Both the position numbers and the translations under genes were made by a program. The notes beneath the pieces are model-generated. The model was not told the DNA's origin. It did not search any database and worked only from the letters and a program-made list of their open reading frames with translations. Shown here piece after piece: positions 1 to 8,589 of a stretch of DNA of 64,000 bases; positions within the stretch are counted from its first letter, which is position 1; every line of letters starts with the position of its first letter. This stretch comes from Alphaproteobacteria bacterium. GTDB lineage: Bacteria; Pseudomonadota; Alphaproteobacteria; JASGCL01. The stretch spans positions 17,760-81,759 of the forward strand of contig CBDHFT010000005.1 in the NCBI GenBank assembly GCA_965262775.1, given 5' to 3'.

Positions 1-601
1 AGTTGCCGATATTGGCGGCGGCATGGCTATAAAATATCAAGACGAAACCCCTGTCGATATGAAGGATTACACCGCCATGGTCAGCGATGTATTTGCGCCG
101 CTACGCTCTATAGGTCTGGAAAAAATCGCTATCGAGCCTGGCCGGTCGATTGTTGGGCGGTCGGGCTTGCTCGTTTCGCGGGTTATCTTACAAAAACAAA
201 GTGGTGATAAGCATGTGGTGGTGGTGGATGCCGCCATGAATGACCTCATCCGCCCTACGCTATACCATGCCTACCATGCTATTTTACCTATCCAAGACCC
301 GTTTTTTGCCTCCAAACCCCTAAGCAACGGCAAGGGCGATAGTATTGACATAAAATTACAAAATGTGGTAGGTGGGATATGCGAAACAGGTGATTTTTTT
401 GCCCTGGCACGGAAATTGCCATCATTTAAGAATGATGAAATCCTTGCCTTGTTTCACGTTGGCGCTTATGGGGCTATGATGTCGTCCAATTATAACACCC
501 GCATGATGCCCACCGAAATTTTAATAACAAAATCAACCCACATAATAATGCGCCCGCGCCAGACATACGAAGATTTCTTTGCTTTAGAGAAGATTTTTTA
601 A
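1..601 (+). CDS. lysA: diaminopimelate decarboxylase, C-terminal part (5' end lies outside the window)
   Basis: The translation contains NDLIRPTLYHAYH, GGICETGDFFA and VGAYGAMMSSNYNTR, which are typical of the LysA/ODC fold-III C-terminal domain. The ORF runs to the window edge. Confidence 0.85.
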   Translation, partial: VADIGGGMAIKYQDETPVDMKDYTAMVSDVFAPLRSIGLEKIAIEPGRSIVGRSGLLVSRVILQKQSGDKHVVVVDAAMNDLIRPTLYHAYHAILPIQDPFFASKPLSNGKGDSIDIKLQNVVGGICETGDFFALARKLPSFKNDEILALFHVGAYGAMMSSNYNTRMMPTEILITKSTHIIMRPRQTYEDFFALEKIF

Positions 602-613
602 TATAGTAAAACC

Positions 614-2080
614 ATGAAAAATAATACTGCTTTTGATGAATTGGGTAAGCGTGCTAATCGTTTTTCACAACCAGTAGCCATTGTTTTTGCTCTTTTGGGC
701 GTCGGCTCACTATTTTTGGGTTATGGGTTTAGGGATTCTTTTCGACAAGCTATTTCTGGGGCCGATATTCCCACAATAGAAACCACCGACTATCCAGACG
801 CAACCGTTGCCGACAATACAGGCGATAGCGCCACAACCCCCGCGGATAAGGCAGCCCTTAGCAAAATTCAAACCACCAGCAACAAAGCCGTGGCCAAAAC
901 CGATGCCAATAACGCCTTGCCCGCTAGCCAAATTGCCAACCTTAGTTCGGGAACATCTAATATTAACAAAGCCGACCTAGCTAATTTTACACAAAAAGAT
1001 ACCTTTGGTAAGGCTCTTATTCGTGGTGGGGTTTCACCAACCGAAGCTTACCTAGCCACCGAGCAGGCACGCAAAGTATTCCCCCTTTCAAGTTTGGGTG
1101 AAAACCAAGTGGTCAAACTTGATTTTGGCAGGACATTAGCTAATCAACCATTTCTAAAACAATTTTCGGTCAGGGTTGGCGATACGTCGGAACTATTTGT
1201 TAAGCGTTTGGAAAATGGCAGTTTTGAGGCTTCCCTCAACCAATTGGCGGTGAATAATGCTGTAAAGTTATATCGATTTAAAATTGATAAAAGCGGCGGC
1301 TTGAACAGCAGCGCCGAAGCGGCAGGGCTTTCAGCAGAAAACATCAATAACATGGTTAATCTTTTAGGGTTAGACATCAACCTGCAAACCGACATCAATG
1401 AAAATGACCTGATCCAATTGTTGTTTGATGACAGCGGTGCCACCCAATCCAACGAACTGGGGGGAAACTTGCGCGTGGTTTTAATCTCCTCGGCCAAAAC
1501 GGGTAAGGACAACGCCTTCTTCTATTATGCTGATGATGCGGGCAGCATTGGTTATTATAACAATGAAGGCAAAAGCCAACGAAAAATGTTGCTTGCAACC
1601 CCCGTCGACGGGGCGCGGTTGGTTTCCAATTTTGGTATGCGCCTTCACCCCGTCCTGGGGTTTACCCGCGCCCATAAGGGTATCGATTTCGCCGCCCCGA
1701 CGGGCACGAAAGTTAAAGCATCGGGTGATGGCGTGGTGGAGGTATTACGCTGGGAAAATGGCTACGGCAATTACTTAAAAATTCGCCATCGCGATGGTTA
1801 TTCCACCGCCTACGCTCACCTATCGCGTTATGAAAAAGGCGTCACGGTGGGAAGCAAAGTCAAACAAGGACAAATTATTGCCTATGTCGGCAACACTGGC
1901 CTTAGCACTGGATCGCATTTGCATTACGAAATTTTGGTAAATAATGATCAAGTCAATCCCACGACCGTCAAATTACCGGCTTTACGCGCCTTAGCAGGCA
2001 ATGACCTCAACCGCTTTCAGGTGGCGAAAAAAGACGCCTTGCTGCGCATTCAAAATGCCCAAATAATGGTTAAACAATAG
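614..2080 (+). CDS. M23 (LytM) family metallopeptidase with an N-terminal membrane anchor and a low-complexity Thr/Ala-rich linker
   Basis: The C-terminus carries the M23 signature HKGIDFAAPTGTKVKA followed by GNTGLSTGSHLHYEI. A hydrophobic segment sits at aa 20-40. Confidence 0.8.
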   Translation: MKNNTAFDELGKRANRFSQPVAIVFALLGVGSLFLGYGFRDSFRQAISGADIPTIETTDYPDATVADNTGDSATTPADKAALSKIQTTSNKAVAKTDANNALPASQIANLSSGTSNINKADLANFTQKDTFGKALIRGGVSPTEAYLATEQARKVFPLSSLGENQVVKLDFGRTLANQPFLKQFSVRVGDTSELFVKRLENGSFEASLNQLAVNNAVKLYRFKIDKSGGLNSSAEAAGLSAENINNMVNLLGLDINLQTDINENDLIQLLFDDSGATQSNELGGNLRVVLISSAKTGKDNAFFYYADDAGSIGYYNNEGKSQRKMLLATPVDGARLVSNFGMRLHPVLGFTRAHKGIDFAAPTGTKVKASGDGVVEVLRWENGYGNYLKIRHRDGYSTAYAHLSRYEKGVTVGSKVKQGQIIAYVGNTGLSTGSHLHYEILVNNDQVNPTTVKLPALRALAGNDLNRFQVAKKDALLRIQNAQIMVKQ

Positions 2081-2102
2081 AACTGAAAGTGTGTAGACGC
2101 CC

Positions 2103-3425
2103 ATGATACACCGTTCCTTGGCGCGTACATTTGCTATTCAACTAAGCGTTTTATTAATCGTGGCGGCGCAGACTTACCACGGCGTTATCATTCAAATTCA
2201 AGCCAACGATTATGGCATCAATACCTTGGGAATTGGGATTGTCACCAGCTTTTTCTATGTGGGGTATTTTATTTCCTGCTTAATAACCAAGCAATTTATT
2301 GCCGCTTTGGGTTATATTCGGGGACATGCTTTGATGACCACCATCTATGCTTTGGCGGCCTTATTATTTCCTATCCATCCTGGGGTCGTGACTTGGTCAT
2401 TGCTTTATTGCATCTGTGGCATGGCCATTGGCGGCATGTATGTGGTTTTTGAATCATGGTTAAATTTTGCAACCGATAACAAAGGTCGCGGTCAACTCAT
2501 GGCGGCTTATATCATCATGGCTACGCTAGGCAAGATAGTTGGCAACTACTCCTTCAATTATATCAGTAGTTTTAGTTTTAGCCACTATAGCTATATCACC
2601 ATGTTTATTTTGGCATCAATGCTGCCCCTACTAACAACCATGCTGCAACAACCTAATCCCGTGAGTGGCGAATTTTTGTCTTTTCGCACGGTGTATAAAA
2701 TATCGCCCGCCGCCTTTGTTGTTTTGTTTTTAAGCCAGATTGGGGCTTCGGCCGCCAACAGTCTTGGCGCTCTTTTAGGAAAATTAATGGGGTTTAACTC
2801 TTGGTATATTTCTCACCTCATGACTTTGATATTCTTGTCGGCTATTTTGATACAGTTCCCCTTGGGGTATTTATCAAACAAAACCGATAGGCGATTGATT
2901 ATTCTGTGGGTGATATTTTTTATGATGGCGGGTAATTGGTTGCTGCTAACCGCGCCCGTCGGCAGTGTCTCTTTTTGGGTGGCGATTATTATGATAGGCG
3001 GCAGTATTTATAACTTCTACCCCTTGGCCATGGCGCATATCAATGACCTGCTTCATGAACAACATCGCGCAGCAATTACCATGCAGCTTTTGTTGGTGTC
3101 CTCGATTGGGCAAACCATTGGTCCCATGACAACATCCTATTTCATGAGTCATTTTAGCTACCGTGGTTTTGCCATTGTATTGATTATTGAAGGTGCCTTG
3201 ATGTTGCTGTTCTTGCTTAATCGCTTGCGCATTCGTCGGCCCGAAAAAAGCAACCTGGTCCATATTAAATTCCTCGCGGATATTCCCATGGCACCGACGG
3301 TGGTTAAAGCAAATTCAGACCCCATTATTACCAAACCCATCGCGCAGTCCATAACCAAGCGCGCAGCCAAGTCGTTAAAAAAAGCCCTCAAAAATAAATC
3401 ACGAAATGTCATTCGTTCGAATTAA
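2103..3425 (+). CDS. MFS-type transporter
   Basis: About 12 predicted hydrophobic helices, a G-rich loop typical of MFS transporters, and a basic C-terminal tail. Confidence 0.65.
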   Translation: MIHRSLARTFAIQLSVLLIVAAQTYHGVIIQIQANDYGINTLGIGIVTSFFYVGYFISCLITKQFIAALGYIRGHALMTTIYALAALLFPIHPGVVTWSLLYCICGMAIGGMYVVFESWLNFATDNKGRGQLMAAYIIMATLGKIVGNYSFNYISSFSFSHYSYITMFILASMLPLLTTMLQQPNPVSGEFLSFRTVYKISPAAFVVLFLSQIGASAANSLGALLGKLMGFNSWYISHLMTLIFLSAILIQFPLGYLSNKTDRRLIILWVIFFMMAGNWLLLTAPVGSVSFWVAIIMIGGSIYNFYPLAMAHINDLLHEQHRAAITMQLLLVSSIGQTIGPMTTSYFMSHFSYRGFAIVLIIEGALMLLFLLNRLRIRRPEKSNLVHIKFLADIPMAPTVVKANSDPIITKPIAQSITKRAAKSLKKALKNKSRNVIRSN

Positions 3426-3555
3426 CGAATTTTTATATTTATCAGCGGCGCAAGCTATTATTTAAGATAATGTTTGCGGTTTTTAAAAGCCTATGGTAAG
3501 TGCTACCAAAGTCTTATAAAACTTTATAAGAAGTTTTATATATCATTTTAATATG

Positions 3556-3632
3556 GTGGCTGTAGCTCAGTTGGTTAGAGCACCTGATTGTGGTTCAGGG
3601 GGTCGCCGGTTCAAATCCGGTCAGCCACCCCA
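3556..3632 (+). tRNA. tRNA-His (anticodon GTG), CCA encoded
   Basis: Cloverleaf GGTGGCTGTAGCTCAGTTGGTTAGAGCACCTGATTGTGGTTCAGG...CAGCCACCCCA. The anticodon loop is TTGTGGT. The extra 5' G (G-1) opposite discriminator C is the tRNA-His hallmark. Confidence 0.85.
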
Positions 3633-3692
3633 TTCCTTAAAATAATTTTTTTTAATTTTGGCGACCGCGTTAATAACCCCGCCCTTTGCCGA

Positions 3693-4256
3693 TTACATTT
3701 TTATTGATTTTTGGTAAACTTCAAATGCCCCTGCACCATGCAACAGGGCAATAAAAACACCAACAATTAAGTCTGGCCAAATAGAGGGGTAATAGATTGT
3801 TGCCACGCCCGTTGCTATGACGGCTATGTTGGTGATGGCATCATTACGCGACGAGAGATAGGTAGCGCGAATAAGGTTATCCTTATTCTTTTGGTATTTA
3901 ATCAAAATCAAAGAACAAAAAACATTGATAATAAGCGCGCCAAAACTAACCCAAGACATGGTCAAACCATGGGGTGGGGTTTGCAAGGCAAGTTGTCGCC
4001 ACACCGCCCAAAAGGTAACCAGGGCGGGCACGGCCATACTGCTCGCCAACAATATTCCGATGCGCCGACGCCACAGCAACGACCAGGTCGTAGCAAAAAA
4101 TATCAAAAAATTAAGCGAGGCGTCTTCCAAAAAATCAATCGAATCGGCGACCAACGATACCGATGATATTTTTAATGCGTAAAAAAATTCAATACCGAAA
4201 TATAAAAAATTTAATACAGCAACCAGCAAAATAATTTTGCGTATTTTTTTATCCAT
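3693..4256 (-). CDS. cation diffusion facilitator-like membrane protein; it has the transmembrane domain only and lacks the usual C-terminal cytoplasmic domain
   Basis: Six hydrophobic helices. An SLVADSIDFLED motif in TM2 and a D-containing TM5 resemble the CDF metal-binding sites. The protein ends 60 bp from tRNA-His. Confidence 0.5.
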   Translation of the reverse strand: MDKKIRKIILLVAVLNFLYFGIEFFYALKISSVSLVADSIDFLEDASLNFLIFFATTWSLLWRRRIGILLASSMAVPALVTFWAVWRQLALQTPPHGLTMSWVSFGALIINVFCSLILIKYQKNKDNLIRATYLSSRNDAITNIAVIATGVATIYYPSIWPDLIVGVFIALLHGAGAFEVYQKSIKM

Positions 4257-4277
4257 GTTTTTATCCTGCCTTATTTT

Positions 4278-5222
4278 TTATTGAAAAACATCGCTTAGAG
4301 CATTTTCACTTGATGCAAAGATAAAGGAAAAATTCTCCGATAAAAGTTTTTTTGGCACAACCCGTTGCCCATGTAATAATAACCTATCGCCCATTTCACC
4401 AAACATCAATTTGATAACAAATTTTGGCATGAAGAACAAAGTATTTTTTCTTGCGGCCTTCATAAAAACTTTGGCAAAATCCTTCTGTTTGATTGGTTGC
4501 GGCGCGGTTAGGTTATAAACGCCCTGGGAACGGGTGTTTTGTAAAAAATAAGCCATGGCCCGCAACAAATCGGTGATATGTATCCAGGATAGGTAATGCT
4601 CCCCCTGCCCCATGCGTGGCGAGCACCCCAAGCGCGCGGGCAACATAAGGCGCGACAAGAAATCTCCCCCCTTATGATGCGGCGATTGATAGAGGGGCTT
4701 GCCCAGCACCACGCCCAAGCGCATGATAACGGTGCGGCAAGATGGTTCGGCGCGGCGCGCCTCATATTCCCACGCGGCGCAAACCTTGCTGGTGAATTCG
4801 TGGCCAACCTTAACCCGTTCGTCAATAATTTCTTCCCCCATCGCGCCATAATATCCAACGGCCGAGCAAGATATAAAAACCTTTGGCTTTTTTTGGTTTT
4901 TTTCTATCCATGCCACCAATCGCCTTGTCCCCACCAAACGCGATTCCAAAATCAATGATTTTTGTTTGGCACTCCATTTTTTTGCAGCGATAGGCTCGCC
5001 AGCCAAATTAATCACAACATCAAATGCTTCATTCGGAGACAATTCTTCAAGGCTGGTTATAAGGTTGATACCTTGCGGTGCATAGGTTTCATCCCCATGT
5101 AGGCGACGGGTAAGAATGGTTATATGATGCGGCCCAACGGGAAAGCCATGTTGCCCATTTTGTAGAGCCTGGATAAGATAGGTGCCAACGAATCCCGTGC
5201 CCCCCGTGATAAGTATTTTCAT
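4278..5222 (-). CDS. TIGR01777/YfcH-type NAD-dependent epimerase family protein
   Basis: N-terminal ILITGGTGFVG Rossmann motif. Aligned by eye along its full length to E. coli YfcH (VINLAGEPIA, ISGSATGYYG-like, LPKKL). Confidence 0.75.
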   Translation of the reverse strand: MKILITGGTGFVGTYLIQALQNGQHGFPVGPHHITILTRRLHGDETYAPQGINLITSLEELSPNEAFDVVINLAGEPIAAKKWSAKQKSLILESRLVGTRRLVAWIEKNQKKPKVFISCSAVGYYGAMGEEIIDERVKVGHEFTSKVCAAWEYEARRAEPSCRTVIMRLGVVLGKPLYQSPHHKGGDFLSRLMLPARLGCSPRMGQGEHYLSWIHITDLLRAMAYFLQNTRSQGVYNLTAPQPIKQKDFAKVFMKAARKNTLFFMPKFVIKLMFGEMGDRLLLHGQRVVPKKLLSENFSFIFASSENALSDVFQ

Positions 5223-5275
5223 AATATATTCTTACACCGATTCTTTCCTATACATAAAGTTAAAAAAAATCTATA

Positions 5276-6625
5276 ATGCCTGCTATGGCTCACGACTCCC
5301 CAACATCCCTGACGGCTACAACCCCTCAGGTTATTGATAAAATAAGGGGCAACGCGGCCAAGGGCGTTTTTATTATCTTGCCGTTGCACCCCCATCAACG
5401 GGTTTATGAAGAAGAAAAATTGTTGGAGGCTAGCGAATTGGTGCGCGCCCTGGGTGAATATGTCATCGGGTTTCATGTTGTGCCGCTGCGCGCCATCAGC
5501 CCTGCAACCTTAATCGGTAAGGGTTCCTTAGAAATAATCAAACAAAAATTATTGGCCGCCGCCCCACCGATGGAGGATTGGCAAACCGCGCCGCAATTGG
5601 GCTTTGTCTATGTTGATGGCGCCCTGACCGCGGTGCAACAACGCAACATCGAAAAAAATTTACAATGTTATGTCGAAGACCGCGAAGGCATCATCCTCAA
5701 TATTTTTTCTAAAAGAGCGCAAAGCGAAGAAGGCCGTTTGCAGGTCAAAATGGCGCGGCTACAATATGACCAATCACGGCTGGTAAGAAGCTGGACCCAC
5801 CTTGAAAGGCAACGCGGCAGCACGGGCAACATCGGCGGGCCAGGGGAACGGCAGATAGAATTGGATAAACGAAAACTGGCCGATGAAATAAAAAAAATAG
5901 AACGAAAATTGGCGAAGGTTCTGCAAACCCGCAGTTTGCATCGCAAAACGCGGCAAAAAGTTCCCTACCCCCTCATAGCCTTGGTTGGTTATACCAACGC
6001 TGGCAAGTCAACGGTTTTCAATCGTTTAACGGGGGCGAAGGAATTGGCAACCGATTTGTTGTTTGCGACGCTTGATACCCATGTCAGGCGCGTTACCTTG
6101 CCATCCAAAAGGCAGGTTATTTTTTCTGACACGGTGGGGTTTATCAGCAACCTGCCCACGCATTTGATAGCCGCCTTTCGGGCAACCTTAGAAGAATTAG
6201 AACAGGCCAGCATTATCATTCACCTCGCCGATATTTCTGCCAATGATTTTACATTTAAGGTCAACCAGGTCGAAAAAATTTTATCGCAACTTCCCCTACC
6301 CGCAGGCCAAAAAAAATTCTTGGTGGGTAATAAATACGATCTGTTTAAAAAAAATGGCCAGGCCAGCCATTTAATAACCGATGTTAACATCGCGGGCATC
6401 GATGGCGAAAATTTTCCCGCCCTGTTAAAATTAATCGACGAAGAATTGGATAAGCAAGAAGATGTGGTAACCAAAACCTATGAATTCGCTATAAGCGACC
6501 AACATTTACCGCAAAAACTTTACGAAGTTGGGCGCGTGCTAAAGGACGAGGTTATGGATGAGCCGCCCCATCAACGGCACATCACGGTTAAATTGTCGCG
6601 CCTGCATTCGATGCAAATCCTATAG
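5276..6625 (+). CDS. hflX: GTPase HflX
   Basis: HflX N-domain followed by a G-domain with GYTNAGKST (G1), DTVGF (G3) and NKYD (G4). 449 aa. Confidence 0.85.
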   Translation: MPAMAHDSPTSLTATTPQVIDKIRGNAAKGVFIILPLHPHQRVYEEEKLLEASELVRALGEYVIGFHVVPLRAISPATLIGKGSLEIIKQKLLAAAPPMEDWQTAPQLGFVYVDGALTAVQQRNIEKNLQCYVEDREGIILNIFSKRAQSEEGRLQVKMARLQYDQSRLVRSWTHLERQRGSTGNIGGPGERQIELDKRKLADEIKKIERKLAKVLQTRSLHRKTRQKVPYPLIALVGYTNAGKSTVFNRLTGAKELATDLLFATLDTHVRRVTLPSKRQVIFSDTVGFISNLPTHLIAAFRATLEELEQASIIIHLADISANDFTFKVNQVEKILSQLPLPAGQKKFLVGNKYDLFKKNGQASHLITDVNIAGIDGENFPALLKLIDEELDKQEDVVTKTYEFAISDQHLPQKLYEVGRVLKDEVMDEPPHQRHITVKLSRLHSMQIL

Positions 6626-6722
6626 ATAATAAAAAAATAATTTTCCTGCTTGCCTTTTCATTTAATATTTGCTAGCCAACCAGGAGCATAGAAAAAATCG
6701 TAAAAACCCCAACAAAAATCCC

Positions 6723-6923
6723 ATGCCCAAATTAAAAAACAAATCATCCGCCAAAAAACGTTTCAAAATAACTGCAACGGGCAAAGTTAGATTTTATAGC
6801 GCTTATTTGCGCCACGGCACCTCGAAACGCCCAACCCAGATGAAGCGGCAAAATCGCGGTTCGCAAATTTTAAAAGATTGTGATGGGCGTAAAATTCTTA
6901 AAAATTATTTGCGCGTTCAATAG
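6723..6923 (+). CDS. rpmI: 50S ribosomal protein L35
   Basis: MPKLKNKSSAKKRFKITATGKV is a classic L35 N-terminus. The track ORF starts 54 nt upstream, but that extension has no homology. Confidence 0.85.
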   Translation: MPKLKNKSSAKKRFKITATGKVRFYSAYLRHGTSKRPTQMKRQNRGSQILKDCDGRKILKNYLRVQ

Positions 6924-6982
6924 GTAATCATTATCATAGTTCAAGCAGTCATAAAAAGTAAAAGCACGAAAGGAAAAAAATC

Positions 6983-7351
6983 ATGGCAAGAGTAAAACGC
7001 GGCGTCACCGCACACAGCAGACATAAAAAAGTATTAAAAAAAGCCAAAGGCTATTTTGGCCGTCGCAAAAACACCATTCGCGTCGCCAAGCAAGCCGTCG
7101 AAAAGGCGGGTCAATATGCTTATCGCGATCGGCGTAATAAAAAACGCGTTATGCGCGGTTTATGGATTCAACGTATCAATGCCGCGGCACGCTTGCATGG
7201 CTTAACATACAACCGCTTGATTGATGGTTTAAAAAAATCAAATATCGATTTGGACAGAAAAGTTTTATCAGAAATTGCCATCCATGATATGAACGGTTTT
7301 AAGCAGTTGACAGAAAAAGCTAAAGCGTCTGTCGGCAAAACCAAAGCTTAA
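6983..7351 (+). CDS. rplT: 50S ribosomal protein L20
   Basis: [30 protein letters not shown] is a classic L20 start. The rpmI-rplT-pheST gene order is conserved. Confidence 0.9.
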   Translation: MARVKRGVTAHSRHKKVLKKAKGYFGRRKNTIRVAKQAVEKAGQYAYRDRRNKKRVMRGLWIQRINAAARLHGLTYNRLIDGLKKSNIDLDRKVLSEIAIHDMNGFKQLTEKAKASVGKTKA

Positions 7352-7422
7352 AAAATCTTAAGATTTTTTAACTTGTCTTTGAACTGGTCTTTGAACTTGT
7401 CTTGGGCGATAGCACCGCACGG

Positions 7423-7428
7423 TATAAT
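7423..7428 (+). promoter_or_regulatory. candidate sigma-70 -10 hexamer (TATAAT) upstream of pheS; the -35 element is poor
   Basis: A perfect TATAAT lies 59 nt upstream of the pheS ATG. It sits inside the loop of an AGCACC...GGTGCT inverted repeat. Confidence 0.25.
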
Positions 7429-7486
7429 TTGGTGCTGGTCATTGGCGACATAAATTTATTATCATCAAAACATATAAATATTAATA

Positions 7487-8587
7487 ATGTCTTCCACTAT
7501 TCAAGATATTTTATCCATTGAAAATATTGCTGTAACCGAATTATCGTCGGTAACCGACCTCGTTGCACTTGACCAATGGAAAAGTAAATTTTTGGGTAAA
7601 AAAAGCTTGCTGGCCAACGCGGGTGCCGCCCTCGCCGATTATTCGACGGATGATAAAAAAAAATGGGGGCAAGCCCTTAACCAAGTTAAAAACAAATTAA
7701 CCGCCGCCTGGGAAGAAAAAACCGCCACCCTTAACATGGCGGCCCTAACCGAAAAGTTAGCCGCCGACAAAGTCGATATGACTTTGCCCCCGCGCCCGCA
7801 ACATATTGGCAAATTGCATCCCATAGGTCAAACCATCGAAGAAGCCTTCGCCATTTTGGGTGAAATGAATTTTACATTGGCAACGGGGCCAGAAATCGAA
7901 ACAGATTTTTACAATTTTACCGCCCTGAATATTCCCGAATCGCACCCCGCGCGGCAAATGCAGGATACTTTTTATGTTAATCGCCTTGATTCAACGGGCA
8001 GGCCGTTGGTGCTACGTACCCATACATCGCCCGTGCAAATACGCGCCAGCAAAAAATGGGGCGCGCCGTTACGCATTATGGCGCCAGGGCGCGTTTACCG
8101 CGCCGATAGCGACATCACCCACACCCCGATGTTTCACCAAATAGAAGGCTTGGTGATAGATAAAAATATTCACTTTGGTCATCTGAAAGGGTGTTTGTTT
8201 GAATTTTGCCGTATTTTTTTTGAAGTAACCGATTGGTCAGAATCCTTGTTGCGCTTCCGCCCCAGCTACTTCCCCTTCACCGAACCTTCGGCAGAGGTTG
8301 ATATTGCCGCAACACGCAAAGACGGAAAGTTGCTCATCGGCACGGGCGATAGCTGGCTTGAAATATTGGGGGCGGGCATGGTGCATAAAAACGTCATTAC
8401 CAACATGGGGCTTGACCCCAATGAATGGCAAGGTTTTGCCTTCGGCCTGGGGATTGAACGGATGGCGATGTTAAAATATGGCATCCCCGATCTGCGAACT
8501 TTTTTTGATTCCGACCTGCGTTGGTTAGACCATTATGGATTCAAACCCTATTTGCAACCTTCCCTTCTAACTTCGTTGGTGCCTTAA
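7487..8587 (+). CDS. pheS: phenylalanine--tRNA ligase alpha subunit
   Basis: Class II aaRS motifs are present (FRPSYFPFTEPSAEVD, GLGIERMAML). The stop overlaps the pheT start region. Confidence 0.9.
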   Translation: MSSTIQDILSIENIAVTELSSVTDLVALDQWKSKFLGKKSLLANAGAALADYSTDDKKKWGQALNQVKNKLTAAWEEKTATLNMAALTEKLAADKVDMTLPPRPQHIGKLHPIGQTIEEAFAILGEMNFTLATGPEIETDFYNFTALNIPESHPARQMQDTFYVNRLDSTGRPLVLRTHTSPVQIRASKKWGAPLRIMAPGRVYRADSDITHTPMFHQIEGLVIDKNIHFGHLKGCLFEFCRIFFEVTDWSESLLRFRPSYFPFTEPSAEVDIAATRKDGKLLIGTGDSWLEILGAGMVHKNVITNMGLDPNEWQGFAFGLGIERMAMLKYGIPDLRTFFDSDLRWLDHYGFKPYLQPSLLTSLVP

Positions 8588-8589
8588 AA

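Noticed and set aside
6669-6722. N-terminal extension of rpmI suggested by the ORF track (MLANQEHRKNRKNPNKNP).
   Set aside because: It has no homology. L35 universally starts MPK(L/I)K, which is found at 6723. The extension is just in-frame spacer.
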